From positions 179,528 through 243,527 of the forward strand of contig CAVPGA010000009.1 in NCBI GenBank assembly GCA_963703935.1: 64,000 nt of DNA, in the 5' to 3' direction. The stretch's first letter is position 1. Each line of letters begins with the position of its first letter. Of this stretch, positions 10,794 to 22,017 are shown piece by piece. Source of the DNA: an uncultured Bacteroidales bacterium (GTDB lineage: Bacteria > Bacteroidota > Bacteroidia > Bacteroidales > VadinHA17). The notes beneath the pieces were generated by a model. The model searched no databases, was not told the DNA's origin, and saw only the letters and a list, made by a program, of their open reading frames with translations. The position numbers were made by a program, and so were the translations under genes.

Positions 10794-12549
10794 ATGAAAA
10801 GAATAGCTACACCGGTCATTATTGTTCTGTTTCTGGGTACTCTTTTTACAGCTTTCCGGCTTGAAGCTCAGGGCCTTACTAAAGTTGAACCTGCAGTAAG
10901 TCCGGAAGGATATTTACAGGCCACGGCAAGGGAACAGGTTTATTTGCAGATTGACAGGGGTATGTACATTGCAGGTGAGGATGTCTGGTTCAGCATTTAT
11001 ACCGTCGACCCGGAAACAGGAAAACTATCAGACCTGAGCGCTGTTGCATATATTGAATTACTGAATCCGTGGAATATGCCCGTTAGTTCAGTCACGGTTT
11101 CAGCTTACCGGAGGCAGGGGTGAGGGCAGTTTTCTCCTTCCCGATTCGGTCAGCTCGGGAACTTACACTATCAGGGCGTATACAAACTGGATAAAGAATT
11201 TCCTTCCTGACAATTGTTACATGCAGGATATTGATATCTGCAACCCTTTCAGGAGTTTTGACTTCTGGCGCAAAGCTGACCCTGCCGGATCATCTGATAA
11301 AAGACTTATCAATTTAACAGATAAAAAGAAGAGAACTGTAGATTTAAGGGCAGACACTATTTATAACAGACGGGAAAAAGTCACACTGAAAGTGCGAATT
11401 AGTAATGACATTGCTGATCAACCCGGAATTTCTGAAATGAGTATCGCTGTAACTCCGGCAGAAATTGCTTCAGACACCAGGTGGGAAAAATCTTTTATGA
11501 ATGTGCGAACAGATCCCAAACAATACAGCTTCGAGAGAGAAGGGCATTATCTATCCGGAAGAATAAAATACAGGGAGAGTAATTTTTCTGATTTTTCAGA
11601 TTTCCTTTTTATGTCCATCCAGGGGAAGGTAGCTGATTTTAAATATGCAGTCATAGATTCTGCAGGCCGGTTCACCTTTACCATGCCTGTAGATGATAAG
11701 ATGAGGAATCTGATCCTTCAGCCGGAAAATGCAAATAGTAACATGATACTTGAAATTGAACCATCGTTTTCATGGATCTTGCCGGAAACAAACAGTTACA
11801 GGGATTCTTTCAGTGATTCTCAGCTGGATGTGTTTTCAGACCTGAGTTTTAATTACCAGGCAGCAAAGATATATGGCAGCATAAGAAAAGAGCCTGTGAC
11901 AGATGGTGACACCGCCCTTAAAAAAAGAAGGTTTTACGGGATACCGGAGATGGAAATATTCCTGGATGATTATATCAGCCTGCCTGTGATGCAGGAGGTC
12001 TTTTTTGAACTTTTGCCCGGGATCATTCTGAGATCAAGAAAGACAGGATATGAATTAAAGATTACCAACCCTCTCACCGGAAATTTTTATGCAGAACCAC
12101 CTCTGGTAATGATAGATGGTGTGATAATCAATGACCTGACTGTTCTGGCTGACCTCAATCCGGAAATAGTTGAAAAGATTGAAGTTGTAAAAACACCTTA
12201 CCTGACCGGAGACCTCATCTTACACGGGATTGTAAATGTAATAACACGTTCGGGTGATTTCAGCAATATGACTATGCCTGATTATGCAGTTGTGCTGCCT
12301 TACAGGGTTATCGACAAACCCTGGACCTTTAATGCTCCGGACTATACTGACGAACAGAACAACCCGGGCAGGGTGCCCGACCTCAGGAATACTCTTTACT
12401 GGAATCCTTCGGTAAAAACAGATATCAAAGGTGAGGTTGAAATAGAATTCTGGACTTCGGACCTTCCAGGTAATTATACCATCAATATAAAGGGTATATC
12501 AGGAACCGGTGAAATCTTATCATTGGTTAAATCATTCATGGTCAGATAA
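10794..12549 (+). pseudogene. MG2-like N-terminus / plug-like C-terminus protein, interrupted by one frameshift
   Basis: ORF 10794-11123 (frame 3) continues in frame 1, which is open from 11065, as ...RFQLTGGRGEGSFLLPDSVSSGTYTIRAYTNW... into ORF 11221-12549. The shift lies near 11085-11097. The C-terminus contains MIDGVIINDLTVLADLNPEIVEKIEVVKTPY, which resembles a plug domain. Confidence 0.65.
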
Positions 12550-12553
12550 GAAT

Positions 12554-12624
12554 CTTTAAGTCACTTTGTGAACCTTCGTAAACCCCTGCCTCCGCTAGGC
12601 AGGTTGAGTACTTTGTGGTTAAAC
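12554..12624. repeat. Short member of the CTTTGTG composite-hairpin family
   Basis: CTTTAAGTCACTTTGTGAACCTTCGTAAA, then CCTGCCTCCGCTAGGCAGG, then GAGTACTTTGTGGTTAAAC. It shares words with the elements at 18869 and 51511. Confidence 0.6.
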
Positions 12625-12755
12625 AGATTATGAAAGCCCGGAATGCTGTAAATTTGACCACTGCAATCATATTAAGTTTTTTAAACGTCTCTTAATTAAT
12701 AAGCGCCAGATGATAACCTGAATTTGATTAAATTAGTTCATAATTTTATTTCACC

Positions 12756-14201
12756 ATGAAATCTATAAAACTCTTTTTCATTTTTATGGTCCTGTCAGGA
12801 TTGATAGCATCTGCACAGCATGAGGAACAGATCTATGTTCCGGACCCTGACCCGTTGATTCAAAAAAGGATAGAACAATGGCAGGACATTAAGTTTGGAC
12901 TGCTCATGCACTGGGGACCTTACAGTCAGTGGGGTATTGTTGAATCCTGGTCAATCTGTCCGGAAGATGAAGGCTGGTGTGTTCCCGATACGGTAAAAGA
13001 CTATTTCGCTTATAAAAGACGATACGAAAGTCTGCAGAAAACTTTCAATCCGGTCAGCTTCGATCCGGTAAAATGGGCTAAAGCAGCAAAAAATGCAGGT
13101 ATGAAATATGTGGTTTTTACTACCAAGCATCACGACGGGTTCTGCATGTTCGATACGAGGTATACAGATTATAAGATCACCGGAAAAGATTGTCTGTATC
13201 ACACTGATCCAAAAGCTGATGTGACCAGGGAAATATTCAATGCATTCCGCAATGAGGGTATGTGGGTCGGTGCTTATTTTTCAAAGCCCGACTGGCACTG
13301 CCCGGATTACTGGTGGCCGCAATTTCCGCCACTTGACCGGAATGTAAATTATGATCCCGCTGCTTATCCGGAGCGCTGGAATAATTATGTGAATTTCACC
13401 CAAAATCAGGTGATGGAACTTTGTTCGGAATACGGAAAGATCGATCTGTTCTGGTTCGACGGAGGCTGGGTTCAGAAGAAGGAGATAAAAGGTGAAACTC
13501 CCCGCATTCCCGGATTCATCGTAAAGAAGCCTTATAATCAGGACGTTAAAATGGATGAGCTTGTCCAAAAAATCCGGACAAAACAACCTGAAGCAATCGT
13601 TGTTGACCGCGCTGTAGCGGGGAAAAACCAGAATTACCTCACCCCCGAAAACACGGTTCCGGATAAGATGCTACCTTATCCGTGGGAATCGTGTATGATT
13701 TTAGGTGGTGGCTGGTCGTATTCATTTAATGCTAAAATGATGCCAACCCGCAGGGTCATCCATATGCTTTCGGATATTGTCTCCAAAGGCGGAAACCTGT
13801 TGCTCAACATTGGTCCGGGTCCGGATGGAACCTGGTATGATGAGGCTTACAGCCGTCTGAATGAGGTTGGTGACTGGCTCAGAATAAACGGAGAGGCAAT
13901 TTACAGCACCCGCCCCATTACTCCTTATTATGATGGTAAATTGCGCTACACACAAGGCAGGGACGGATCAACCTATATAATTTACCTGCTGGATGAAAAC
14001 GAGATGCTTCCGAAAGAGATTCTCATAAAAGGAATCATCCCTGCCAGTGGAGCCAGGATAACCATGCTCGGACAAAAAGGAGCTTCAATAAAGTGGATTT
14101 CAGGAGAAGGCTCCTTTAAAATTCTGCTTCGGGATAGTCAGAGCAAGGCAATCCCTTCGCCCTATGCCATCGCCTTCAAAATAAATCACGCTTTAAAGTA
14201 G
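12756..14201 (+). CDS. GH29 alpha-L-fucosidase
   Basis: 481-aa ORF with a signal peptide and the motifs FGLLMHWGPYSQWG and TTKHHDGFCMFDT. Confidence 0.85.
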   Translation: MKSIKLFFIFMVLSGLIASAQHEEQIYVPDPDPLIQKRIEQWQDIKFGLLMHWGPYSQWGIVESWSICPEDEGWCVPDTVKDYFAYKRRYESLQKTFNPVSFDPVKWAKAAKNAGMKYVVFTTKHHDGFCMFDTRYTDYKITGKDCLYHTDPKADVTREIFNAFRNEGMWVGAYFSKPDWHCPDYWWPQFPPLDRNVNYDPAAYPERWNNYVNFTQNQVMELCSEYGKIDLFWFDGGWVQKKEIKGETPRIPGFIVKKPYNQDVKMDELVQKIRTKQPEAIVVDRAVAGKNQNYLTPENTVPDKMLPYPWESCMILGGGWSYSFNAKMMPTRRVIHMLSDIVSKGGNLLLNIGPGPDGTWYDEAYSRLNEVGDWLRINGEAIYSTRPITPYYDGKLRYTQGRDGSTYIIYLLDENEMLPKEILIKGIIPASGARITMLGQKGASIKWISGEGSFKILLRDSQSKAIPSPYAIAFKINHALK

Positions 14202-14250
14202 GTTAAGTTGATTTCTGATCCCGGTCTGTTGCTTCTCAGTCACCTGGGCA

Positions 14251-15360
14251 TTATTTAAATTTCACAGTTTTCCCTGTTCTCGCTGATTCTCTGGCGGCAT
14301 CCAGGATCCTGACCACCATTACGTTGTTCTTCAGTGAATAACTGTCATAATCAGACACTGTTATTTTTCCACGGATGACTCCCGTAAAATAAGTAAAGGG
14401 GTCTTCGTATACTGCAATGTCATCCGAAGTCACGTGCTTTTTCATTTCACCGGATGATTTCCGGTTCTTCATTCGCATGTCCTTGCTGTTCTCGGCAATG
14501 ATGTATCCGTTTTCACCATATATTTCCATATCCTTTCTGCCGAACGGCCAGTTCCACGATGCCTGTATGACGCATATACATTCCGGATATGAAACAATGA
14601 TCGTTGCATCGTCGTCCACTTTCGGATAGATCACAGGCTTAAACTGCCTGGTTACAGCCGTAACGGAAACAGGTTCCTGTCCCCGGGCAAGATATGTCAT
14701 CAGGTTTGCCCCATAACAACCAAAGTCAATGATTGCTCCTCCGCCATTTTGGACCGGATCAGTTAGCCACTCCAGGAACTCTTTACTGCATCCTATCTCC
14801 CTGGGTCCCTGGTGCCCGTCGTGTACCACCACTCTTCTTAATCCTCCCACAAAATTACTGTCATTCACCAGCTGCCAGGACTTTGCAGTGGATGGATACC
14901 AGGATGTTTCATAATCGGTGAGAAGGTGTATATTATATTTTAAAGCAAGTTCCTCCATTTTAATTGCATGTGACATGCTTGTGGCTAAGGGTTTTTCGAC
15001 CATGACATGGATCCCCCTTGGAGCACATGCCTCAACAACTGCCATATGGGCGTAGATGGAGCCGAATGCTACAACAGCTTCAGGTTTTACCTCATCAAGC
15101 ATCTTTTCAAGGTTGTCATAAATAAGCTTAATATCAAAATGAAATGACCCGGCATACCGTTCCGCAAGTTCACGATTGGGTTCATACACTCCAACAATCA
15201 CCAGATCCGGCTTCTTTGCCCTGTTCATTATAAATCCGATATGATCGTGTGTCATTCCTGCAACCGCGATACGGACAGGTTTTTCAGGGGTTTGCGCCTG
15301 GATGGTTATGACAATCAGAGGAAGGATGAGCATTAAGGTTGTTCTGTACAGACTTTTCAT
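14251..15360 (-). CDS. Secreted Gfo/Idh/MocA family oxidoreductase
   Basis: The likely start is the ATG at 15360 (MKSLYRTTLMLILPLIV..., signal peptide). It has an N-terminal Rossmann fold (RIAVAGMTHDH) and an EKP motif (VEKPLA). The reading frame is intact. Confidence 0.8.
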   Translation of the reverse strand: MKSLYRTTLMLILPLIVITIQAQTPEKPVRIAVAGMTHDHIGFIMNRAKKPDLVIVGVYEPNRELAERYAGSFHFDIKLIYDNLEKMLDEVKPEAVVAFGSIYAHMAVVEACAPRGIHVMVEKPLATSMSHAIKMEELALKYNIHLLTDYETSWYPSTAKSWQLVNDSNFVGGLRRVVVHDGHQGPREIGCSKEFLEWLTDPVQNGGGAIIDFGCYGANLMTYLARGQEPVSVTAVTRQFKPVIYPKVDDDATIIVSYPECICVIQASWNWPFGRKDMEIYGENGYIIAENSKDMRMKNRKSSGEMKKHVTSDDIAVYEDPFTYFTGVIRGKITVSDYDSYSLKNNVMVVRILDAARESARTGKTVKFK

Positions 15361-15404
15361 CGTTTTTTTGTTAGACACATGACGGCAAAGCAAAAGTTAT
15401 TTTG

Positions 15405-16418
15405 TCACAGAATTTCTGCCAGTCTTACCGGACGATTTTCCAGATATGATTTTTTAGAAGCAAGCGCGATAGCAACCGACATTAACCCGTCATTGCCTGA
15501 AACAGGGAGCTGCAAATTATTTATGACTGCATCGCAGAAGATCTTCATTTCATTGGCATAAGCCTCCAGGTACCTGTCCATGAAAAAATTCAGCGGAAGA
15601 GAACCCTGAACACTCTCACTGCTGTAATAACGATGGTTTTCAGGATAATTGTTATCGGCACAGGCCATTCCACCTGAACCAAAAATTTCAACACGCTGGT
15701 CATATCCATAAACAGCTTTGCGGCTGTTGTCAATCACTCCGATTGCACCATTTTCAAAAGTCAGTGTAATAACAGCTGTATCAACATCGCCTGCTTTACC
15801 TATTGCCGGATCGACGAGGACCGAAGCTTTGGTATAGACTTCAACAACCTCACTACCTGTTATATACCTTGCCATATCAAAATCATGGATGGTCATATCC
15901 ATGAACATTCCTCCCGAAGTGGCGCTATATTCAGCAGGCGGCGGGGCGGGATCGCGTGAGGTGATCTTAAGTATATGGGGTAATCCTATTTTTCCATCCC
16001 TGACCAGTTGTTTTATTTTCAGGAAATTCGGATCAAATCGGCGGTTAAATCCTACCATCAGTTTTACTCCGGCAGTGTCGGCGGCTTCAATAGCTCCTTT
16101 AATTACATCAAGAGAGAGATCAACAGGTTTTTCACAGAAAATATGCTTCCCGGCTCTTGCTGCATCAACAACATATTTTGCATGGGTATCGGTGGGGGAA
16201 CAGATAACAACTGCTTCAACATCCGGATGATTAATGACATCCATGTAATTAGTGAAAACAGATGTTATTCCGAAGATTTTTGCCAGTTCATTTGCACTTG
16301 CAGAATTAATATCGGCGATTGCAACCACTTCTGCCTGCGGAACACTTTGTACCAATGTTGCAATATGAACTTTGCCAATCCGTCCGGTTCCTATAACTCC
16401 AAGTTTTAGCTTTTTCAT
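15405..16418 (-). CDS. iolG: myo-Inositol 2-dehydrogenase
   Basis: 337-aa intact ORF with the motifs GVIGTGRIG, CEKP and GFNRRFDPNF...SRDPAPPP...SGGMFMDMTIHDFDMARY, which are typical of IolG. Confidence 0.85.
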   Translation of the reverse strand: MKKLKLGVIGTGRIGKVHIATLVQSVPQAEVVAIADINSASANELAKIFGITSVFTNYMDVINHPDVEAVVICSPTDTHAKYVVDAARAGKHIFCEKPVDLSLDVIKGAIEAADTAGVKLMVGFNRRFDPNFLKIKQLVRDGKIGLPHILKITSRDPAPPPAEYSATSGGMFMDMTIHDFDMARYITGSEVVEVYTKASVLVDPAIGKAGDVDTAVITLTFENGAIGVIDNSRKAVYGYDQRVEIFGSGGMACADNNYPENHRYYSSESVQGSLPLNFFMDRYLEAYANEMKIFCDAVINNLQLPVSGNDGLMSVAIALASKKSYLENRPVRLAEIL

Positions 16419-16448
16419 TTCATTAGTTTTTTATTTTAGAATTATCTT

Positions 16449-17350
16449 CTATAAGCCAAGAGATTTGATATAATCACGGTTTCGCTGTGCGCATACTTTC
16501 GGATTGCCCATTCCGGGGAGTACATCCTGTTCAACAACAATCCATCCTGAGTATTTCTGATTATTAAGTTCTTTAACAATTGAAGGGAAATCAACAGATC
16601 CTTTTCCAATTCACAGAAAACACCGTTACCAACCGATTTAAAGTAATCCCATTTCTCTGTCCTCGATTTTTCAGCCAGTATCCGGGTGACAATCTTTAAA
16701 ATGAATATGCCAGATGCGGTCCTGTTGCTTTTTCAGTACTCTCAAGAGGATCACCTCCTCCAAACATATAATGACCCATATCCAGGACCAGTCCTACAAG
16801 TGAAGGATCGGTCAATGAGAGCAATGTGTCGATTTCTCGCTGGTGTTTCAACATATCCTGCACAATGATGATGAAAAACTGTTCGCAATCCTGTCTGCGT
16901 TTTTACTTCACGTGCAACCAGATCTGCACCTTCAGCAAAGACTTTCCATTCATCATCTGTAAGTCCCATTGATGGCGTTACCCTTCCGGCATTCAGGGTG
17001 CGTTCCTTTATACTGCCATTTTCATCCGCAAGTACAATAAATGCATTTTGTAACCTGCATCTGCCATCAGCTTTGCAGTTTTTACTGCAGTTTCGGCACC
17101 GGCAGCATGCCTTTGAGCGGTCTTTCAGAAATACCGGAACAAAAGCGCCAACCATTGCAAGAGAGCGTTTATCGAGCTCTTTTTTTAATTCTGACGGAAC
17201 AGTGGGCATAAAACCCCAGTCGCCAAGTTCAGTACCCTGATAACCTGTTTCCCGGATTTCATTAAGTACCTGTTCAAAACCGGCAGCTTTGCCTTCAAGG
17301 TCAAATTCAAGTACTCCCCATGAACATGGGGCATTGGCTATTTTAATCAT
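16449..17350 (-). pseudogene. iolE: IolE-like inosose dehydratase / sugar-phosphate isomerase TIM barrel, multiply frameshifted
   Basis: The N-terminus reads MIKIANAPCSWGVLEFDLEG. I traced six frame changes by hand. One example is HAAGAETAVKTAKLMADAGYK, which is readable only in another frame. The C-terminus [34 protein letters not shown]...DYIKSLGL* is also in another frame. Confidence 0.7.
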
Positions 17351-17385
17351 ATTTATTAAGTTATTAAATATTTTTATTAAAATTA

Positions 17386-18860
17386 TTAAAATTTTCTTGT
17401 CCATTCTTCATGCCAGCGTTCAATGACGACTTTGGTCTGAGTATAAAACTCAACGGCATGCAACGATTGTCCATGAAGGTCTCCGAAGAAGCTCTCTTTC
17501 CAGCCACTGAAAGGGAAAAAAGCCATCGGAGCGGCAATACCAATGTTTATACCAATATTTCCTGCCATTGTATCGTGCCTGAATTTTCGGGCTGCAGCTC
17601 CGCTCGGGTAAAAATGCAGGCAGCATTGCCGTAACGGCTCTGGTTGATCAATTCTATCGCATCTTCAAGAGTATCGACATTGACCATGCATAAAACCGGT
17701 CCGAAATATTTCGGTTTTGTAGATTTCGCTTTCATTGCTTACATTTTGAATATTGTCGGACCAATAAAATTTCCGTCTTCACATCCTTCGTACTATTAGG
17801 TTTCGCCCATCAAGCAATAAATCTGCCCCATCATCGATCCCTTTTTGTATCAGTTTTTCAATCCGCTCCTTACTTTCTTTTGTAATAACCGGTCCCATTT
17901 CAATTCCGGGGTCATCCCGTTTCCGGTTTTTCTTGCTTTAGCGCTGTAGATAATTTTTTGATAAAACTTTCCGGAAATTTCCAGCTCTGCCGACGGTAAT
18001 AACAACTGAAGCTGCAAGGCACCTCTGTCCGGCACAACCAAAAGCACTGTCGGTAATTATTCTGACTGTAGTTTCATTATCGGCATCGGGCATAACAACA
18101 ACAGGATTTTTAGCTCCTCCCTGTGCCTGAACCCTTTTCCCATGAACGGCACCGGTCTGATAAATGTATTTTGCGACTGGAGAGGAACCGACAAAACTTA
18201 TTGCCTGAATAAGATGGATTTTCAAGAATTGCATCGACTGCTCTCTTTACCTCCATGAACCAGATTCAATACACCTTTTGGCAGGTTCAGATCCTCAAAT
18301 AGTTCAAAGATCCGTGTCATCGTCAGAGGCACTTTTTCCGAAGGTTTTACAATATATGTATTTCCGCAGGCAATGGCATAGGGCATAAACCAGAACGGAA
18401 TCATTATAGGAAAGTTGAAAGGTGAGACAGCTGCACCGACACCCAGCGGCTGCCGTATATAAAACTCATCGATGCCGGTTGCTATATCTTCGGAAAAATC
18501 ACTTTGCATGAGCTTCGGTATTCCGCATGCCACTTCAATATTTTCGATTGCACGTAACTATTTCGCCTTCGATTCAGCAAAGGTTTTACCACATTCCTGG
18601 TGCAGATTTCAGCAATTTCATCTGCATGCTCTTCCAGGATCTGCTTCATTTTAAAAAGGTATTGAATCCGTTGCGTTGCCGGAGTGTTCCTCCACGACCA
18701 CCATGCCTTTGAGCACTTTCTGCAGCGAATATATCATCTTTCGATCCTGCAGGAACTCTGGCAAGGATCTCCCCGTTTGCCGGATTAATTACATCCCGAT
18801 AGACCGGGTACTACTGTCACACCATTGTCCGTTGATATAGTTTTTTAAATTTTTTGTCAT
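17386..18860 (-). pseudogene. iolA: Methylmalonate-semialdehyde dehydrogenase (CoA-acylating), multiply frameshifted
   Basis: Fragments lie in different frames: MTKNLKNYINGQW..., [14 protein letters not shown]..., [45 protein letters not shown]...[19 protein letters not shown]..., [21 protein letters not shown] traced five frame changes in the first ~330 nt. Confidence 0.75.
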
Positions 18861-18868
18861 TTTTCTGA

Positions 18869-19046
18869 CTTTTAAATTCAGTACTTTGAGAATCCTTCGT
18901 GAATCCTTTGTGTAGCAATTCCCGAAAAGCTGGTCTTGACTAATTTACAGAGTCAATTACTTGGCTCTTTGTGGTAAAAAGAAATTAACCACAAAGGGTC
19001 ACAAAGGCTGTCACGAAGTAACACAAAGGAATACAATAAATTAAGC
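18869..19046. repeat. CTTTGTG composite-hairpin element, copy A (carries a ~53-nt internal insertion)
   Basis: It shares both arms with 51511-51640, including an identical 27-nt block, CCACAAAGGGTCACAAAGGCTGTCAC(G/C)AAG. It sits between iolD and iolA. Confidence 0.9.
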
Positions 19047-19088
19047 AATATTTATGAATTAAACAGGCTAAGTTATTGTTTTCTGTAT

Positions 19089-20952
19089 TCATAAAAAGTA
19101 CCTCTGTTTCTTTTTATTTTCAATATAGTTCTGATAGGCTTTTTTGACAGTTTCAATTTCAGAAACTTCTGCAACTGCAACTTCCCACCAGGCATAACCC
19201 GGAACACCTTTGTACAGGTCTGTTTCAATTGTGATCACAGTTGTGGTTGTATGCTTCTTTGCTTCTTTCAGGGCATTTTTCAGGGAGTTAATATCAGTGT
19301 GCTTCAATTACATGCGCTCCAAGGCTGCGGGCATTTTGTGCAAAATTTACGGGAAGGTTCTCACCTGTTAAGTGTCCGGTTTTTTCATCCCGGTAACGGT
19401 ATTTCGTTCCGAAACGCTGTGATCCGATCGATTGGGACAATGCCGCCGATACTTCCGAATCCGTTGTTATTCAGCAGGATGATAGTGACTTTGATTCCTT
19501 CCTGGATCGCTGTGACAATTTCATTATTCATCATCAGGTAATTTCCATCACCAACCATCACAAATATCTCACGGTCGGGACAGGCCATTTTTGCACCGAT
19601 TCCTGCTGCACATTCATATCCCATTGTTGAATATCCGTATTCAAGGTGAAATCCTTTCGGATCGAGTGGTCCTCCAGAGCTTATGAAGGTCGCCCGGCAG
19701 ACTTCCTGCAGCGCAAAGAACAACATCGCGGGATCCTGCAAATTCATTTACAGCTCCGACAACTTCAGCCTGGGTGACCGGTAGTGAACCGGAGACTTTA
19801 TAGAATTCGCTTACCTTATCATCCCAGGCTTTATTTAACTGGGCTGCATTCTTGCTGTATTCATCCGAGACCCTGTAATCGCAAGTAGATCCAGGAGTTC
19901 TTCAAGACATACCCTTGCATCGGAAGTAACAGGTAATGCACAATGTTTATGTGAATCAAATTCAGCAATATTTATATTGATGAATTTCACATCCGGATTC
20001 TGAAAAGCTGTTTTTGATGCAGTTGTAAAATCGCTGTAACGTGGTTCCGATATCCGATTACCAGATCTGCTTCTGTGATAATTCATTTGCTCCCGGAGTT
20101 CCTGTTAGCACCAACTGCTCCAAGGTTTGAAGGGTGGTTATAAGGCAGGGATCCCTTCCCGGCAAAGGTTTCTGCAACCGGAATTCCGGTCTGTTCAACC
20201 AATTTTTTCAATATCTCTGTAGCCTCGCTGTAGATGACTCCGCCGCCGGCAATAATGACCGGTTTTTTTGAAGTTTTATCATCTCAGCGCCTCTCTCAGG
20301 AGATAAGATCGGGTCTTGGTCTTGCAATTCTCCATATTCTTTTCCGGAATAGTTCCTCCGGGAAAGTCAAACGCTTCTGCCTGTACATCCTGGGGAAGAG
20401 CCAAGTGTGACAGCACCTGTATCGGATGGAGAAGTGAGGACTCTCATTACTTCGGGCAGGGAGGTGATTAATTGTTCGGGCCTGCTGATCCTGTCCCAGT
20501 ATTTTGAAACAGGTTTAAAACAATCATTTACCGAAATATCCTGGGAAGAAGGCGATTCAAGTTGCTGCAGGACAGGTGCTACATTCCGGCGTGCAAAAAT
20601 ATCTCCGGGTATCAAGAGCACAGGCAGCCTGTTTATTGTTGCACAGGCTGCACCGGTTATCATGTTGGTGGCACCGGGTCCGATCGATGAGATGCAGGCA
20701 AATGTTCCCAGCCGGTTTTTCATTTTGGCATATGCAATGGCAATATGCACCGAGGCCTGTTCATTCCTGGTCATAATAAACCGGAAATCGGGATTTTCCA
20801 TTAAACCCTCACCCACGCCTGCGACAATACCATGACCGAATATTCCCAGACATCCTGCAAAGAAAAGGATTTTCAATTCCATCTCGTTCAACATACTGGT
20901 TCTTCAGAAACCTGATTATTGCCTGACCGACAGTTAATCGATTAGTTTTCAT
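19089..20952 (-). pseudogene. iolD: ThDP-dependent 3D-(3,5/4)-trihydroxycyclohexane-1,2-dione acylhydrolase, multiply frameshifted
   Basis: The N-terminus reads MKTNRLTVGQAIIRFLKNQYVERDGIE and then shifts into FFAGCLGIFGHG...NEQASVHIAIAYAK. Further fragments are at 19835-20086, 19385-19747 (MVGDGNYLMMNNE, ThDP motif) and 19089-19307. Confidence 0.75.
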
Positions 20953-20988
20953 GAATTTATAGTTCTTATTTGATCAGAATCAGTATTT

Positions 20989-21999
20989 CTAAAACCCTCC
21001 GTTTGCTTCAATAAAAGTCAAAGCTTCATCGAGGGTCGGATTAAAATTTGAGCATCCTGGTTTGGTAACCAGTATTGCCCCGCAGGCATTGCCCATGCGG
21101 CAGCTTTTATACCAATCCCAGCCGTTCAGATATCCATAAATAAATCCGCTGGCAAAAGCATCACCGGCTCCCAGTACATTCACCACTCTACTGGAAAACC
21201 CGGAACATCAATCACTGGCCGTCTTTCAAATACACAGTTGATCCCTTTGCTCCCCGTTTTACAACCAGTGCCTCAATTCCAAGCTTCATGATGATTTGAT
21301 TGAAGCATCTATATCTCCCTGTATTTCAGGAGCAGAGATCTGCTGATTTCTGATCTTAATCTTAGCAGGATCACTGACATCGTTGCCAGGATCTCCTCCT
21401 CCGTGCCCAGAGGCTATTGTGCAATTCCTCAGATAGGCCCGGGCGGTGATTCCGAACGCACGGGCATCGTGCCACTGATCGGCCCGGAAATCAAGATCAA
21501 TTAATATCGGTACATTGTTTTTTACCGCTTCTTCAGCTGCAAAAAAGCCTGCTGATCTTGACGGTTCTACATTCAGGGCGGTGGCGGAAATTTCGAACAG
21601 ACGAAAGGATCCGATATTAGCATTTATTACATCATCAATATTTACTTTTGAATCGGCACAGTTTTCACGATAGTAGACGAGTGGAAAATTATCGGGCGGC
21701 TGTATGCCCAGCACAACGGCGCTGGTACGCGATCCGGGTTTTCTTGGAATAAACTTTGTTTCAACACCTTCCTTATTCAGAAAATTGAGGAGAAAATCAC
21801 CAACCTGGTCCTGACCGATACCTGTCAATAAGGCTGATTTAAGGCCCAGCCGTTTTGTTCCAACTGCGATATTCAGTGGAGAACCGCCCACATAAGCATT
21901 AAATGCCTTAATATCTACGAAGGCGGCGCCTATATTGGCGGAATAAAGATCAATAGAGGATCGTCCATAGGTAAGTACATCGTACTCTTTGTTTGTCAT
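20989..21999 (-). pseudogene. iolC: PfkB-family 5-dehydro-2-deoxygluconokinase, frameshifted
   Basis: The N-terminal ~200 aa are readable (MTNKEYDVLTYGRSSIDLYS...GGSPLNIAVG). The C-terminal PfkB motif VNVLGAGDAFASGFIYG is in a different frame (20989-21186). Confidence 0.7.
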
Positions 22000-22017
22000 A
22001 ATTAATATCCTGGTATT

